NCBI GenBank assembly: GCA_963822445.1
Contig: CAWGHO010000002.1
Span: 128,001 to 192,000 of the forward strand
DNA from: an uncultured Acidobacteriota bacterium
GTDB lineage: Bacteria; Acidobacteriota; Thermoanaerobaculia; Gp7-AA8
DNA: 64,000 nt
Direction: 5' to 3'
The notes under the pieces were generated by a model. It was not told the origin of the DNA and did not search any database. It saw only the letters and a list, made by a program, of their open reading frames with translations. Within the stretch, counting starts at the first letter, position 1, and each line of letters starts with the position of its first letter. This document shows positions 9,697 through 18,044 of the stretch, one piece after another. Both the position numbers and the translations under genes were made by a program.

Positions 9697-9768
9697 ATGG
9701 CTGCGAAGAAGAAAGCCGCTGCGAAGAAGTCCACCGGTGGCAGTAAGAAGTCCTCGAAGAAGAAATAA
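9697..9768 (+). CDS. 23-aa Lys/Ala/Ser-rich basic microprotein (MAAKKKAAAKKSTGGSKKSSKKK)
   Basis: SD-like AAGGTGGTGAG just upstream, AAG-biased codons, upstream promoter and downstream terminator; too short for the ORF track. Confidence 0.7.
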   Translation: MAAKKKAAAKKSTGGSKKSSKKK

Positions 9769-9803
9769 GCGATCATCACCGAACTTTTGGGGAGTCGTAT
9801 CTC

Positions 9804-9835
9804 GTAGGGCCGGCGCAAGCCGGCCCTACTATTTT
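9804..9835 (+). terminator. Intrinsic terminator
   Basis: GTAGGGCCGGC-GCAA-GCCGGCCCTAC stem (11 bp, GNRA loop) followed by TATTTT. Confidence 0.7.
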
Positions 9836-9873
9836 CCGCGCAACTTTCCAACCCCAGCCGCGTAACTCTCTTC

Positions 9874-10536
9874 ATGCGTCACTCCCTTTTCCTCGCCACC
9901 ACGCTCGTCTTCGCCACCTCCGCTCTCGCCGCCGACGTCGAACACGCCTTCCAGGCCACCGCGCCCCGCGGCAAGGTCCAGCGCGTCGTGATCGACATCC
10001 CCTTCGGCAGCTTCACCGTCCGCAACGGATCCGCCGACCGCATTGCCCTCTCCGGCATCGCCTCGCGCGACTACGACGGAGCGAAGGAGAGGACGTGGGC
10101 GCAGGACGTCGTGAACGACACCAGCGTCGAGATCTACGTGAACGGCAGTGAAGCCATCCTCCGCCGGAAGTTCGGCAAGAGCGCGGACAGCTTCCGCGCC
10201 CGCAAGTTCACCGGCATCGACATGCACATCGAACTGCCGCCCGGCGTCGACGTGGAGTTCGAGACGTCCGCGGGTGAAGTCGATCTGGCCGGCACCTACG
10301 GCAACATCGACATCGATCTACGCGCGGGCGAAGTCGAGCTCCGCATTCCGAAAGCGACCGTGCGCGAGCTGAACGCCTCCTGCCGCGTGGGTGAAGTCCG
10401 CGCCCACCTCGGCCACGAGATCGTCAACCGCGAGGGTATCTTCCCCGGCCGCACGAAGTACTTCAACGCCGCGGGAAAGACTCACGTGAGCGTGCACGTG
10501 ACCGCGGGCGAAGTCGACGTCACGCTGACGCCGTAA
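9874..10536 (+). CDS. Secreted DUF4097-like beta-strand repeat protein
   Basis: Signal peptide (...SALA) and repeated xxxGEVxL beta motifs. Confidence 0.7.
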   Translation: MRHSLFLATTLVFATSALAADVEHAFQATAPRGKVQRVVIDIPFGSFTVRNGSADRIALSGIASRDYDGAKERTWAQDVVNDTSVEIYVNGSEAILRRKFGKSADSFRARKFTGIDMHIELPPGVDVEFETSAGEVDLAGTYGNIDIDLRAGEVELRIPKATVRELNASCRVGEVRAHLGHEIVNREGIFPGRTKYFNAAGKTHVSVHVTAGEVDVTLTP

Positions 10537-11524
10537 CGAATCGCTCCGCCTCTTCGCGGCTCTGCACTTCTCCGCGAATCTGCGCCTCGAGCAGCGCGCG
10601 CTTGATCCTTCCGAGGTCTTTTCCCGGCTCCAGGCCGGTGAGCGCCGCGATCTCTTCGCCGGTGAGCAGCGACCGCGTCGTGAAGTCAGGCCAGTCGAGA
10701 GTGTCGTCGCGCCCCATCGCTCGAAGCACGGCCGGCAACTGCCGCGCAACGGCCTCGCCGGCGTCGTAAAGCTCGATTCGATCGTGGCGATCGACGAGCC
10801 GCCGCAGCGTCGCCGCATCCCCTTTCGGCTCCGGCATTACCAGGGCATACGCGCCGTCGAGCGAGATCTCGTCGATCTGCACGTCCGGCGTGCGCAGGCC
10901 GAGGGCTTCGGCCAGGCCGGTCTCGCGCAGCAGGGCGATCGCTTTTCGCAGGCGGTTCGCCGAGAAGATGACCGACATCTCGTACGCGACGCGCTCCGCG
11001 GCGACGTCGTTGATGCGCGGAGCACGTGCGCGAATCGCGTTCAAGGTCTCGCTCTCGAGCTCGAAGTCGAACCGCACCGCCATCCGCACGCCTTTGAGCA
11101 TCCGTAGCGGATCGTCGTCGAAGTTCGACGCGCGGACCATCCGCACGACGCGCGCTTCCAGATCGCTCTGCCCGTGATGAGGATCGAGCAACTGATCCTT
11201 CGCGAAATCGATGGCCATCGCGTTGACAGTGAAGTCGCGCCGGGTGAGATCGGCGCCGATGTCGTGATGCAGAAGCTCGGTGAAGTCGTAAACGAGATCG
11301 CCGGCAACGACGCGATAGGCGCGCAGATGGTCCTCGTTGCCGAGGGTGATCACGCGCGAGGAGATCTTCCGCGCCGCGGCGAGCGGATCGACGCAGGCAA
11401 TGTCGATGTCGGCCGGGGCGATGCCGACGATCAGGTCGCGGACGGCGCCGCCGACGATGTAGCAGGAGGGATCGAGCTTCGCCAGCGCGGGGAAGAGCCG
11501 CGTGAGCGCGTCACGCCACATCAT
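10520..11524 (-). CDS. tRNA nucleotidyltransferase, class II (probably CC-adding)
   Basis: VGGAVRD, DIDI, RRDFTVNAMA, DDPLRML and VAAERV motifs; short, with no HD domain and no flexible loop. Confidence 0.88.
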   Translation of the reverse strand: MMWRDALTRLFPALAKLDPSCYIVGGAVRDLIVGIAPADIDIACVDPLAAARKISSRVITLGNEDHLRAYRVVAGDLVYDFTELLHHDIGADLTRRDFTVNAMAIDFAKDQLLDPHHGQSDLEARVVRMVRASNFDDDPLRMLKGVRMAVRFDFELESETLNAIRARAPRINDVAAERVAYEMSVIFSANRLRKAIALLRETGLAEALGLRTPDVQIDEISLDGAYALVMPEPKGDAATLRRLVDRHDRIELYDAGEAVARQLPAVLRAMGRDDTLDWPDFTTRSLLTGEEIAALTGLEPGKDLGRIKRALLEAQIRGEVQSREEAERFVTASA

Positions 11525-12134
11525 TCCGCAGCACGCCGATCCCCTCGATCTCCACCTCGACCGTGTCGCCGCTCTCCAGCGGCCCGACACCGGCCGGCGT
11601 GCCGGTGAGAATCAGGTCGCCGGACATCAGGGTCATGATCCCGGAGATGAATTCGATGAGGAACGCGCAGTCGAACATCATCTGGTTGGTGTTGCCGTCC
11701 TGGCGGATCTGCCCGTTGACGCGCGTGGTCACGCGCAGATTCGACACATCGAGCTCGGTCTCGATGTGCGGCCCGACCGGGCAGAAGGTGTCGAAGCCCT
11801 TGCCGCGCGTGAACTGCACGTCTTTCTTCTGGAGGTCGCGCGCGGTGACGTCGTTGGCACAGGTGAAGCCGAGGACGTACTCGCGCCAGTCGCTGCGCTT
11901 CACGTTCTTCGCGGTCTTGCCGATGACGATCGCCAGCTCCCCTTCATGGTCGACGCGGTTCGATGCGGCGGGCCGCACGATCGTTCCACCCGCCGCGAGC
12001 AGTGCGCTGGGCGGCTTGAGAAACAGGATCGGCTCGGACGGCGCCTCGTTGCCGAGCTCTTTCGCATGCTCGGCGTAGTTGCGGCCGACGCAGACGATCT
12101 TCGTGGGAGTGATTGCGGAAAGGGCGATCTTCAC
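11511..12134 (-). CDS. Fumarylacetoacetate hydrolase family protein
   Basis: CVGRNY, FLKP, HEGEL, NDVTARD, KGFDTF and TGTPAGVG motifs. Confidence 0.95.
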   Translation of the reverse strand: MKIALSAITPTKIVCVGRNYAEHAKELGNEAPSEPILFLKPPSALLAAGGTIVRPAASNRVDHEGELAIVIGKTAKNVKRSDWREYVLGFTCANDVTARDLQKKDVQFTRGKGFDTFCPVGPHIETELDVSNLRVTTRVNGQIRQDGNTNQMMFDCAFLIEFISGIMTLMSGDLILTGTPAGVGPLESGDTVEVEIEGIGVLRNDVA

Positions 12135-13657
12135 GATTGGCGATCGTAAATCAACCAGAGCCCCGAAAACCCGCGCAGCAGCCGGAATCGCGACCGGTAC
12201 AGCTGATGGAGGATCTTGCGGTTGGCGTAGTAGACCGCCTCCTGGAGAAAGTCGCCGAACTGCTCGTCGAGCTCTTTCGCCGAATCGAGGCTGCGCTTCG
12301 CCTTCGACAGCAGGTCGCCTTCCGGCTTCACGCCCGCGGCCATCGCCGTCGCGAGGATCGTCGCCTCTTCATCGACCTTGATCCGCAACGCCGCGGCCCG
12401 GAGATACAACATCCACAGCTCTTCCGTGTCCTCTTCCGCCTCGGCCGGCTCGCGCTCGAACAGCTTTTCGTACGCGGACGCCTCCCACGGCTCGAGCCGG
12501 AGCTTCTCGGGATCGGCGGCCTGCAGTGCCGTGCCGATCCGCTGCAGGTATTCGAGCAGCGGTTCGTTCTTGCCGAAGTGCCCGGTGAGATTCTCGAGCT
12601 GCTGTTCGCGCGCGAAGAAGGCCTCGGGCAGATCCGGCGCGCGGTCCTCTTCCAGCTCCAGGCCGCGATCGAGCTGCGCCAGCACCTTGTTCATGCTCGA
12701 TTTGAGCTGCGCGACGATGTCGTGCTTGACGTTCGACTGCGCGCGCAGGCAATCGAAACGCTCCTTGTATTCGCGGAACCGCGCGATCTCTTCGATCAGG
12801 CCGGGATTGGTGTCGCCGAAGTTCCGCTCGATGGCCTGGCCGTGCTCCATCAGCTTGTCCGCCTCTTCGACGAGCCGCTGTTCCTCGCCGCCATACAGAC
12901 GGCCGAAGCGATTCTTCGACGCGACGTTGAGCTCGATGATGGCCATGAGCACGTCTGGATCGAAGTAGAGATCGCCGACGCGATGCTTGAAGGTTCGCGC
13001 GTCGCGCAGGAGGTTGCGCTCGGTGAGGTCGTCGAATTTCGCCGCGGACTGGATCTCGTCACGCATCGAGCGGATCGCACGAATGACCCGCACCACCTCA
13101 TCCCGCGGTGCCTCGGCCACGCGAAGGATGCCCACCAGCTCGATGAGTCGCTGGCGCAGCTCGAGCGATTCGCGAACGACGTACTCCGCGCGCTCGGGGA
13201 TGAGATCCTCGCCGAGGCGGGTGAAAAGGAAGTCGAGCTTGTCGCGGCGATCGCCTTCCACCGCGTCGGCGTAAAGGTAGAAGCGGATCAGGTATTCGAT
13301 GATGCTGTCGTCCTGCCGCTTGAGCTTTTCGAAGAAGCGCCGCAGCAGCGAGGGGCTGATCGTCGAGTCGATTTCGAGGAGCGTCTGCGCCGCGGCGTCG
13401 AGGGCGCATTCGACGTCGAGAAACGGCGCGGCGGTGTTCTCGAGGACGCCCGGCCACGTGCCGTTGATCATGCCCGCGAGTGTGCGCATCTGCTCGTAAA
13501 CAGGCTCGAGATCGAGCTCGTAGGCGTCGGCGGATCCGAGGAAATGACGCATGGCGCCGGACGCGAATTGATGCAGAGTCCAGGTCGCTTTCAGGCGATC
13601 GGAGACTCGCGAATAGCGGGTCTGAACAGCGCTGATCTGACCAACCGGCACGCTCAA
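12131..13657 (-). CDS. Hypothetical alpha-helical protein
   Basis: 508-aa Leu/Glu/Arg-rich ORF; its stop overlaps the FAH start; family not recognised. Confidence 0.8.
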   Translation of the reverse strand: MSVPVGQISAVQTRYSRVSDRLKATWTLHQFASGAMRHFLGSADAYELDLEPVYEQMRTLAGMINGTWPGVLENTAAPFLDVECALDAAAQTLLEIDSTISPSLLRRFFEKLKRQDDSIIEYLIRFYLYADAVEGDRRDKLDFLFTRLGEDLIPERAEYVVRESLELRQRLIELVGILRVAEAPRDEVVRVIRAIRSMRDEIQSAAKFDDLTERNLLRDARTFKHRVGDLYFDPDVLMAIIELNVASKNRFGRLYGGEEQRLVEEADKLMEHGQAIERNFGDTNPGLIEEIARFREYKERFDCLRAQSNVKHDIVAQLKSSMNKVLAQLDRGLELEEDRAPDLPEAFFAREQQLENLTGHFGKNEPLLEYLQRIGTALQAADPEKLRLEPWEASAYEKLFEREPAEAEEDTEELWMLYLRAAALRIKVDEEATILATAMAAGVKPEGDLLSKAKRSLDSAKELDEQFGDFLQEAVYYANRKILHQLYRSRFRLLRGFSGLWLIYDRQS

Positions 13658-13683
13658 CCTCGGGTGCTATGATTCTGGCACGA

Positions 13684-14199
13684 ATGGCACAGACGACGTT
13701 AATCAACCGCGAACAGATCGATGCACGGGTCGCCGAAATGGCAAAGGAAATCGAGGCTGAATTCGCCGGTTCCGAGCTGATCGCTCTCTGTGTCCTGAAA
13801 GGGGCGATGTTCTTCTGCGCCGACCTCGTCCGGCAGATGAAGATGGACGTGGCCATCGACTTCATCCAGATCTCCAGCTACGGCAATCAGAAGTATTCGT
13901 CGGGGGTCGTGACCATCCTCAAGGAGCCGCAGCTCGACATGCGCGGCAAGTCCGTGCTGATCGTCGAGGACATCATCGACAGCGGCCTCTCCATCCGCGA
14001 GGTGAGCAACTTCATCGAGAGCCGCGGCGCGGCGAAGGTGAAGACAGCGGCGTTCCTCGACAAGCCAAAAGCGCGCAAAGTGCCGTTCACTCCCGACTTC
14101 GTGGGCTTCCCGATCGAGCCGCAATTCGTGATCGGGTACGGGCTCGATTTCGCGGAGAAGTATCGGAATATCCCTGAAGTGCAGGTGCTGTCGGATTAG
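13684..14199 (+). CDS. hpt: Hypoxanthine phosphoribosyltransferase
   Basis: VLKGA, SSYG, PRPP loop VLIVEDIIDSG and FVIGYGLD motifs. Confidence 0.96.
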   Translation: MAQTTLINREQIDARVAEMAKEIEAEFAGSELIALCVLKGAMFFCADLVRQMKMDVAIDFIQISSYGNQKYSSGVVTILKEPQLDMRGKSVLIVEDIIDSGLSIREVSNFIESRGAAKVKTAAFLDKPKARKVPFTPDFVGFPIEPQFVIGYGLDFAEKYRNIPEVQVLSD

Positions 14200-14310
14200 T
14201 TAGTTTATCCCGCGCGCAGACGCGGGATCTCTCGGTGCACCTGCGAAACCGCTCGTCATGATCCCCTCAGTGCACGGAGAGATCCCGCGTCTGCGCGCGG
14301 GATAAACTAA
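14200..14310. repeat. Long inverted repeat (REP family 4 doublet)
   Basis: Perfect 34-bp arms TTAGTTTATCCCGCGCGCAGACGCGGGATCTCTC and its reverse complement; each arm is itself palindromic (ATCCCGCG..CGCGGGAT). Confidence 0.9.
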
Positions 14311-14321
14311 AAAACCGAAAC

Positions 14322-15227
14322 ATGTACGAATGCGTCCCCAACATCAGCGAAGGTCGTAATCAGGCGACGATCGACGCCGTGGCGGATGCGATTCGCGGGA
14401 CCGCCGGCGTTCATCTCCTCAACATCCACTCCGATCCCGATCACAACCGCTCCGTCTTCACCTACGTCTCCGAAAGCGCGGACGCCATTGCGGCGGCGAC
14501 GTTGCGGCTGTTCGAAGTCGCGGTTCCTCTGATCGATTTGCGCATTCATCACGGGGCCCATCCGCGCGTCGGTGCGGTCGACGTCGTGCCGTTCGTGCCG
14601 CTCGCGGGAACGACGATGGCGGAGTGCGTCGAAGGCGCGGAGCGCGTCGCGACGCAGATTGCCGAGCGCTTTCACATCCCGATCTACCTCTACGAGCACA
14701 ACGCCAAGCAGGATTACCGTCGCGAGCTTCCGGCGATCCGTTCGGGCGGATTCGAAAAGTTCCCGGAGAAGATTCATGACGCGCGGTGGATCCCTGACTT
14801 CGGTCCGGCGCAGGTGCATCCGACCGCGGGCGTCAGCGTCGTCGGCGCGCGGGTACCGCTCATCGCGTTCAACATGCAGCTCGGGACGGACCGGATCGAA
14901 GTTGCGCATGCCTGTGCACGCGCGGTTCGCGGAATCAGCGGCGGCCTGCGCTTCGTTCGCGCGTTGCCAATCGCATTGACCAGCAAGGGGTTGGTGCAGG
15001 TGTCGATGAATCTGCTCGACTACCGCCGCACGCCGATCCATCGCGCGTTTTCGGTCGTCCTAGACGAAGCCCAGCGGCACGGCGTATCAGTCGTATCGAG
15101 TGAAATCGTAGGCCTCGTGCCTGCCGACGCGATGTTCGAGGTGGCCGAGTGGCACCTCAGGATCCACGGCTGGCGCAAGGACATGGTCTTGGAAGAACGG
15201 ATCAGAATCGCCACGGAGCCGCCATGA
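14322..15227 (+). CDS. ftcD: Glutamate formimidoyltransferase
   Basis: ECVPNISEGR, DPDHNRSVFT, HPRVGAVDVVPFVP, QVSMNL and SEIVGLVP motifs. Confidence 0.95.
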   Translation: MYECVPNISEGRNQATIDAVADAIRGTAGVHLLNIHSDPDHNRSVFTYVSESADAIAAATLRLFEVAVPLIDLRIHHGAHPRVGAVDVVPFVPLAGTTMAECVEGAERVATQIAERFHIPIYLYEHNAKQDYRRELPAIRSGGFEKFPEKIHDARWIPDFGPAQVHPTAGVSVVGARVPLIAFNMQLGTDRIEVAHACARAVRGISGGLRFVRALPIALTSKGLVQVSMNLLDYRRTPIHRAFSVVLDEAQRHGVSVVSSEIVGLVPADAMFEVAEWHLRIHGWRKDMVLEERIRIATEPP

Positions 15228-16498
15228 AACGGATCATCACGGCCGTAATCGCCATCCTCTCTCTCGTCGTTCTCGTTTCCGCCAAGCGTCGCGCAGTCGC
15301 ACCGCCCGCACCAGTCGATCTGAAGCTCGACGCCAGCCGGTCCTTCGCCATCACCGACAAGGCGATCCTCGATCCGTTCACGTTCCGGCGCGTGCTCGAC
15401 GCGATCACTGCCGGCAGTGACGTCACCTCCGAGGCGTTTTTCAGGCAGTGGTGGAACACGCAGAACGAGCCGCAGTGCAAGGACTCGGGACGGTTCTGCC
15501 CGAACACGGAAGGCAGGCTAGCCACGGAGCCGTTTCGCCCGGAAGACTTCATCCCCATCGGCATCATCAATCGCTTCGATCAGGCTGATGCCACGCAGTG
15601 TGGTCAGTACCGCCTGATCTACGCGAATCGCATGGTCACGTCGCGGGAAGCCTTTCACATCATCTTCGAAGCGGAGATGCCCAACCCCCGGGCGGAGCTC
15701 GGCCTCGCGGCCTGCCGCCCCATCGCCCAGTTCTGGGCCGATCTGAGCAAGTTAGAGTCTCCCGATGAGCGGCGCTCGCGGATCGAGCGATTTTTCTTCG
15801 ACGGCATCGACGGCTTTCCGCCGGCTGTCCACGTTGATCACTACCACCGCAATCAGGCCGGCATTCGCACCCTGCAATTGACGTTGCCCCAGAACTTTTC
15901 GTTCTTCTATCAGTTCCGCGTCGTGCAGGAGAACGGACAGCCGGTGGTGAAAACCGACACGCTGGAGAACACCGCCCACAACTCGCTGATCGACGCGACG
16001 AACCAGGACGAACGCGCGAAGCGGTTCCGCAAGATGTTCGTCGACAACCTCGACACGCTGACCATCCGCGACCACAACCTTTTCTTCATCGACATACCGT
16101 CCGAATACTGGATACCGGACGGGCGGCCGGCGAACAAAGAGTACGTGTCCGCTTTGAACGTCGGCTTCCACCGTTCGCTGTCCTCGCCGGAAGGTCAGGC
16201 ATTCAGCGCGGAGATCGAAGCGGAGCTGAAGCGCCTCGGCAGCACGATCACTCCGGTAGACGCGGTGGCCCGCGCCGAATCCCAGAACTGCTTCGGCTGC
16301 CACTTCGGCAGAGTGCCGATCGGCAACGGTGAGGAATTCGCCGGCACGCTCGACCAGCTGCAGCACGTCTCCGAGGACAATGCCACGGCCACGAACTTCG
16401 TGATCTCACCGGGCATGCGGGACGTGTTCATCCCCCACCGGATGCAGATCCTGAAGGACTTCCTGATCAGCGGGAAAGCACCGGTCCACTCGAACTAG
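15224..16498 (+). CDS. Secreted protein with a single CxxCH heme-binding motif
   Basis: Start MKRIIT at 15224 overlaps the ftcD stop; signal peptide followed by KRRAV; CFGCH at 16289-16303. Confidence 0.7.
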   Translation: MKRIITAVIAILSLVVLVSAKRRAVAPPAPVDLKLDASRSFAITDKAILDPFTFRRVLDAITAGSDVTSEAFFRQWWNTQNEPQCKDSGRFCPNTEGRLATEPFRPEDFIPIGIINRFDQADATQCGQYRLIYANRMVTSREAFHIIFEAEMPNPRAELGLAACRPIAQFWADLSKLESPDERRSRIERFFFDGIDGFPPAVHVDHYHRNQAGIRTLQLTLPQNFSFFYQFRVVQENGQPVVKTDTLENTAHNSLIDATNQDERAKRFRKMFVDNLDTLTIRDHNLFFIDIPSEYWIPDGRPANKEYVSALNVGFHRSLSSPEGQAFSAEIEAELKRLGSTITPVDAVARAESQNCFGCHFGRVPIGNGEEFAGTLDQLQHVSEDNATATNFVISPGMRDVFIPHRMQILKDFLISGKAPVHSN

Positions 16499-17105
16499 CA
16501 ATCGCCCTCACCCATTCGGTGTACTGCTTGCCGGATGGGTGAAGTCCGTCGCCCGCGACGAGCGCCGGATCGTTGCCGCGCGAGATCGGCGTGATGTCGA
16601 CGTACTTCGCACCGGCACGCGCCGCTTCCTCGCGATTGATGGCGTTGTAGCGATCGATCTCTGTCGCGATCTTGGCGCGATCACGACCTTCGGCGAACGG
16701 GGTCACGCCCCAATCAGGAATCGAGACCACGACGACCTTCTTCGCGTCGCCGCCCGCGAACCCGATCGCCCGCCGCAGTAGTGCTGCAAATTCGCCGCGG
16801 TACTGCTCCGCATCGCGGCCGCGGTACTGGTTGTTCACGCCGATCAGCAACGTCACCAGGTCGAACGAACCCTGCGGATTGGCCGCGTCGATGGCCGCAT
16901 TCAGCTCGTCCGTTGTCCAGCCGGTCTTGGCGATGATCTGCGGCGGCGCGATTCCGAGCTCGCGCGCGAGCTGATTCGGAAAGCGATCCGCTTCGGTGAC
17001 GCTTTCGCCGATGGTGTAGGAATCGCCGAGGGCCAGGTAGCGGACCGGTTCGTTCACGGTCGAACATGATGACAGCAGGGCCAGCGCGAAAAACAGGCGG
17101 ATCAT
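16467..17105 (-). CDS. SGNH/GDSL hydrolase, probable lipoprotein
   Basis: LGDSYT, GVNN and DGLHP motifs; LSSC lipobox-like sequence; start ATG 17105. Confidence 0.92.
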   Translation of the reverse strand: MIRLFFALALLSSCSTVNEPVRYLALGDSYTIGESVTEADRFPNQLARELGIAPPQIIAKTGWTTDELNAAIDAANPQGSFDLVTLLIGVNNQYRGRDAEQYRGEFAALLRRAIGFAGGDAKKVVVVSIPDWGVTPFAEGRDRAKIATEIDRYNAINREEAARAGAKYVDITPISRGNDPALVAGDGLHPSGKQYTEWVRAIASSSGPVLSR

Positions 17106-17926
17106 TTCGCGTATCCAGTCACCAGCATTACGGCCAGGATGGCGCCGAGGATGTAGCGGTAGTAGATGAAGATGTGGGTCGTGTGCGTGCGCAGGTACCG
17201 GAGGAGGAAGAAGATCGACGCCCAGCCGGAGATGAACGCGACCACGATGCCGACGAGGAGCGGTGTCGTCCCGATGGCCGTGAGCTCGTCTTTCGCGTCG
17301 AACATCTGAAACACGCCGGCCGCGGTGATCGCCGGAATGCTCATCACGAATGAAAACCGCGCGGCGTAGTCGTGCGGCACGCGCCGGAAGAGCGCGGTCA
17401 TGATCGTCGATCCGCTGCGCGAGGATCCCGGGATCAGGGCGATGCACTGTCCCGCGCCGATGATCCAGGCATCCTTCGCGTTGAAGTCCTCTTTCGTCCG
17501 GAACCCGCGCCGCTTCGCGTACGCCTCGGCCACCTGCATGAGGATGGCGATGAAGATGAGCTGGAAGGTGACGACCCACGTGCTGCGGAACACGCCCTCG
17601 ATCTGTTCCTCGAGGAGCACGCCCACGATGACGATGGGGATGGTGGCAAAGATGACGTACCAGGCTTCGCGTGAATCGGGATCACCGAACGGCTTGCGCG
17701 CGATGAGCCCGCGAAAGAACCCGATCGTGAGCCGGACGATGTCCTTGAAGAAGTAAATGATGACGGCGAGGATCGTCCCGAACTGAATGACGGCGGAGAT
17801 CGCCGCGCCGGGATCCCCCCAGCCGAGAAGCTCGGGGACGATCTTGAGGTGGCCGGTGGAGCTGATGGGGATGAATTCGGTCAGGCCCTGGACGAGACCC
17901 AGAACGACGGCTTCGATTATCGACAT
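17102..17926 (-). CDS. uppP: Undecaprenyl-diphosphate phosphatase
   Basis: QGLTEFIPISSTGH and PGSSRSG motifs; polytopic membrane protein. Confidence 0.96.
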   Translation of the reverse strand: MSIIEAVVLGLVQGLTEFIPISSTGHLKIVPELLGWGDPGAAISAVIQFGTILAVIIYFFKDIVRLTIGFFRGLIARKPFGDPDSREAWYVIFATIPIVIVGVLLEEQIEGVFRSTWVVTFQLIFIAILMQVAEAYAKRRGFRTKEDFNAKDAWIIGAGQCIALIPGSSRSGSTIMTALFRRVPHDYAARFSFVMSIPAITAAGVFQMFDAKDELTAIGTTPLLVGIVVAFISGWASIFFLLRYLRTHTTHIFIYYRYILGAILAVMLVTGYAK

Positions 17927-17945
17927 GGAGTCTCGCAGGATCTCC

Positions 17946-18037
17946 GAATGCAGAATGCAGAATGCAAAATGCAGAAAAGAATCGACGGTCCGTGCTCAGA
18001 CACTTTCTGCATTCTGCATTTTGCATTCTGCATTTCG
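17946..18037. repeat. Tandem-unit inverted repeat, 7-nt unit GAATGCA
   Basis: gaatgca x3 aaatgca gaaa, spacer of about 26 nt, then tttctgc attctgc attttgc attctgc; between rnj and uppP. Confidence 0.92.
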
Positions 18038-18044
18038 ACTCTCC

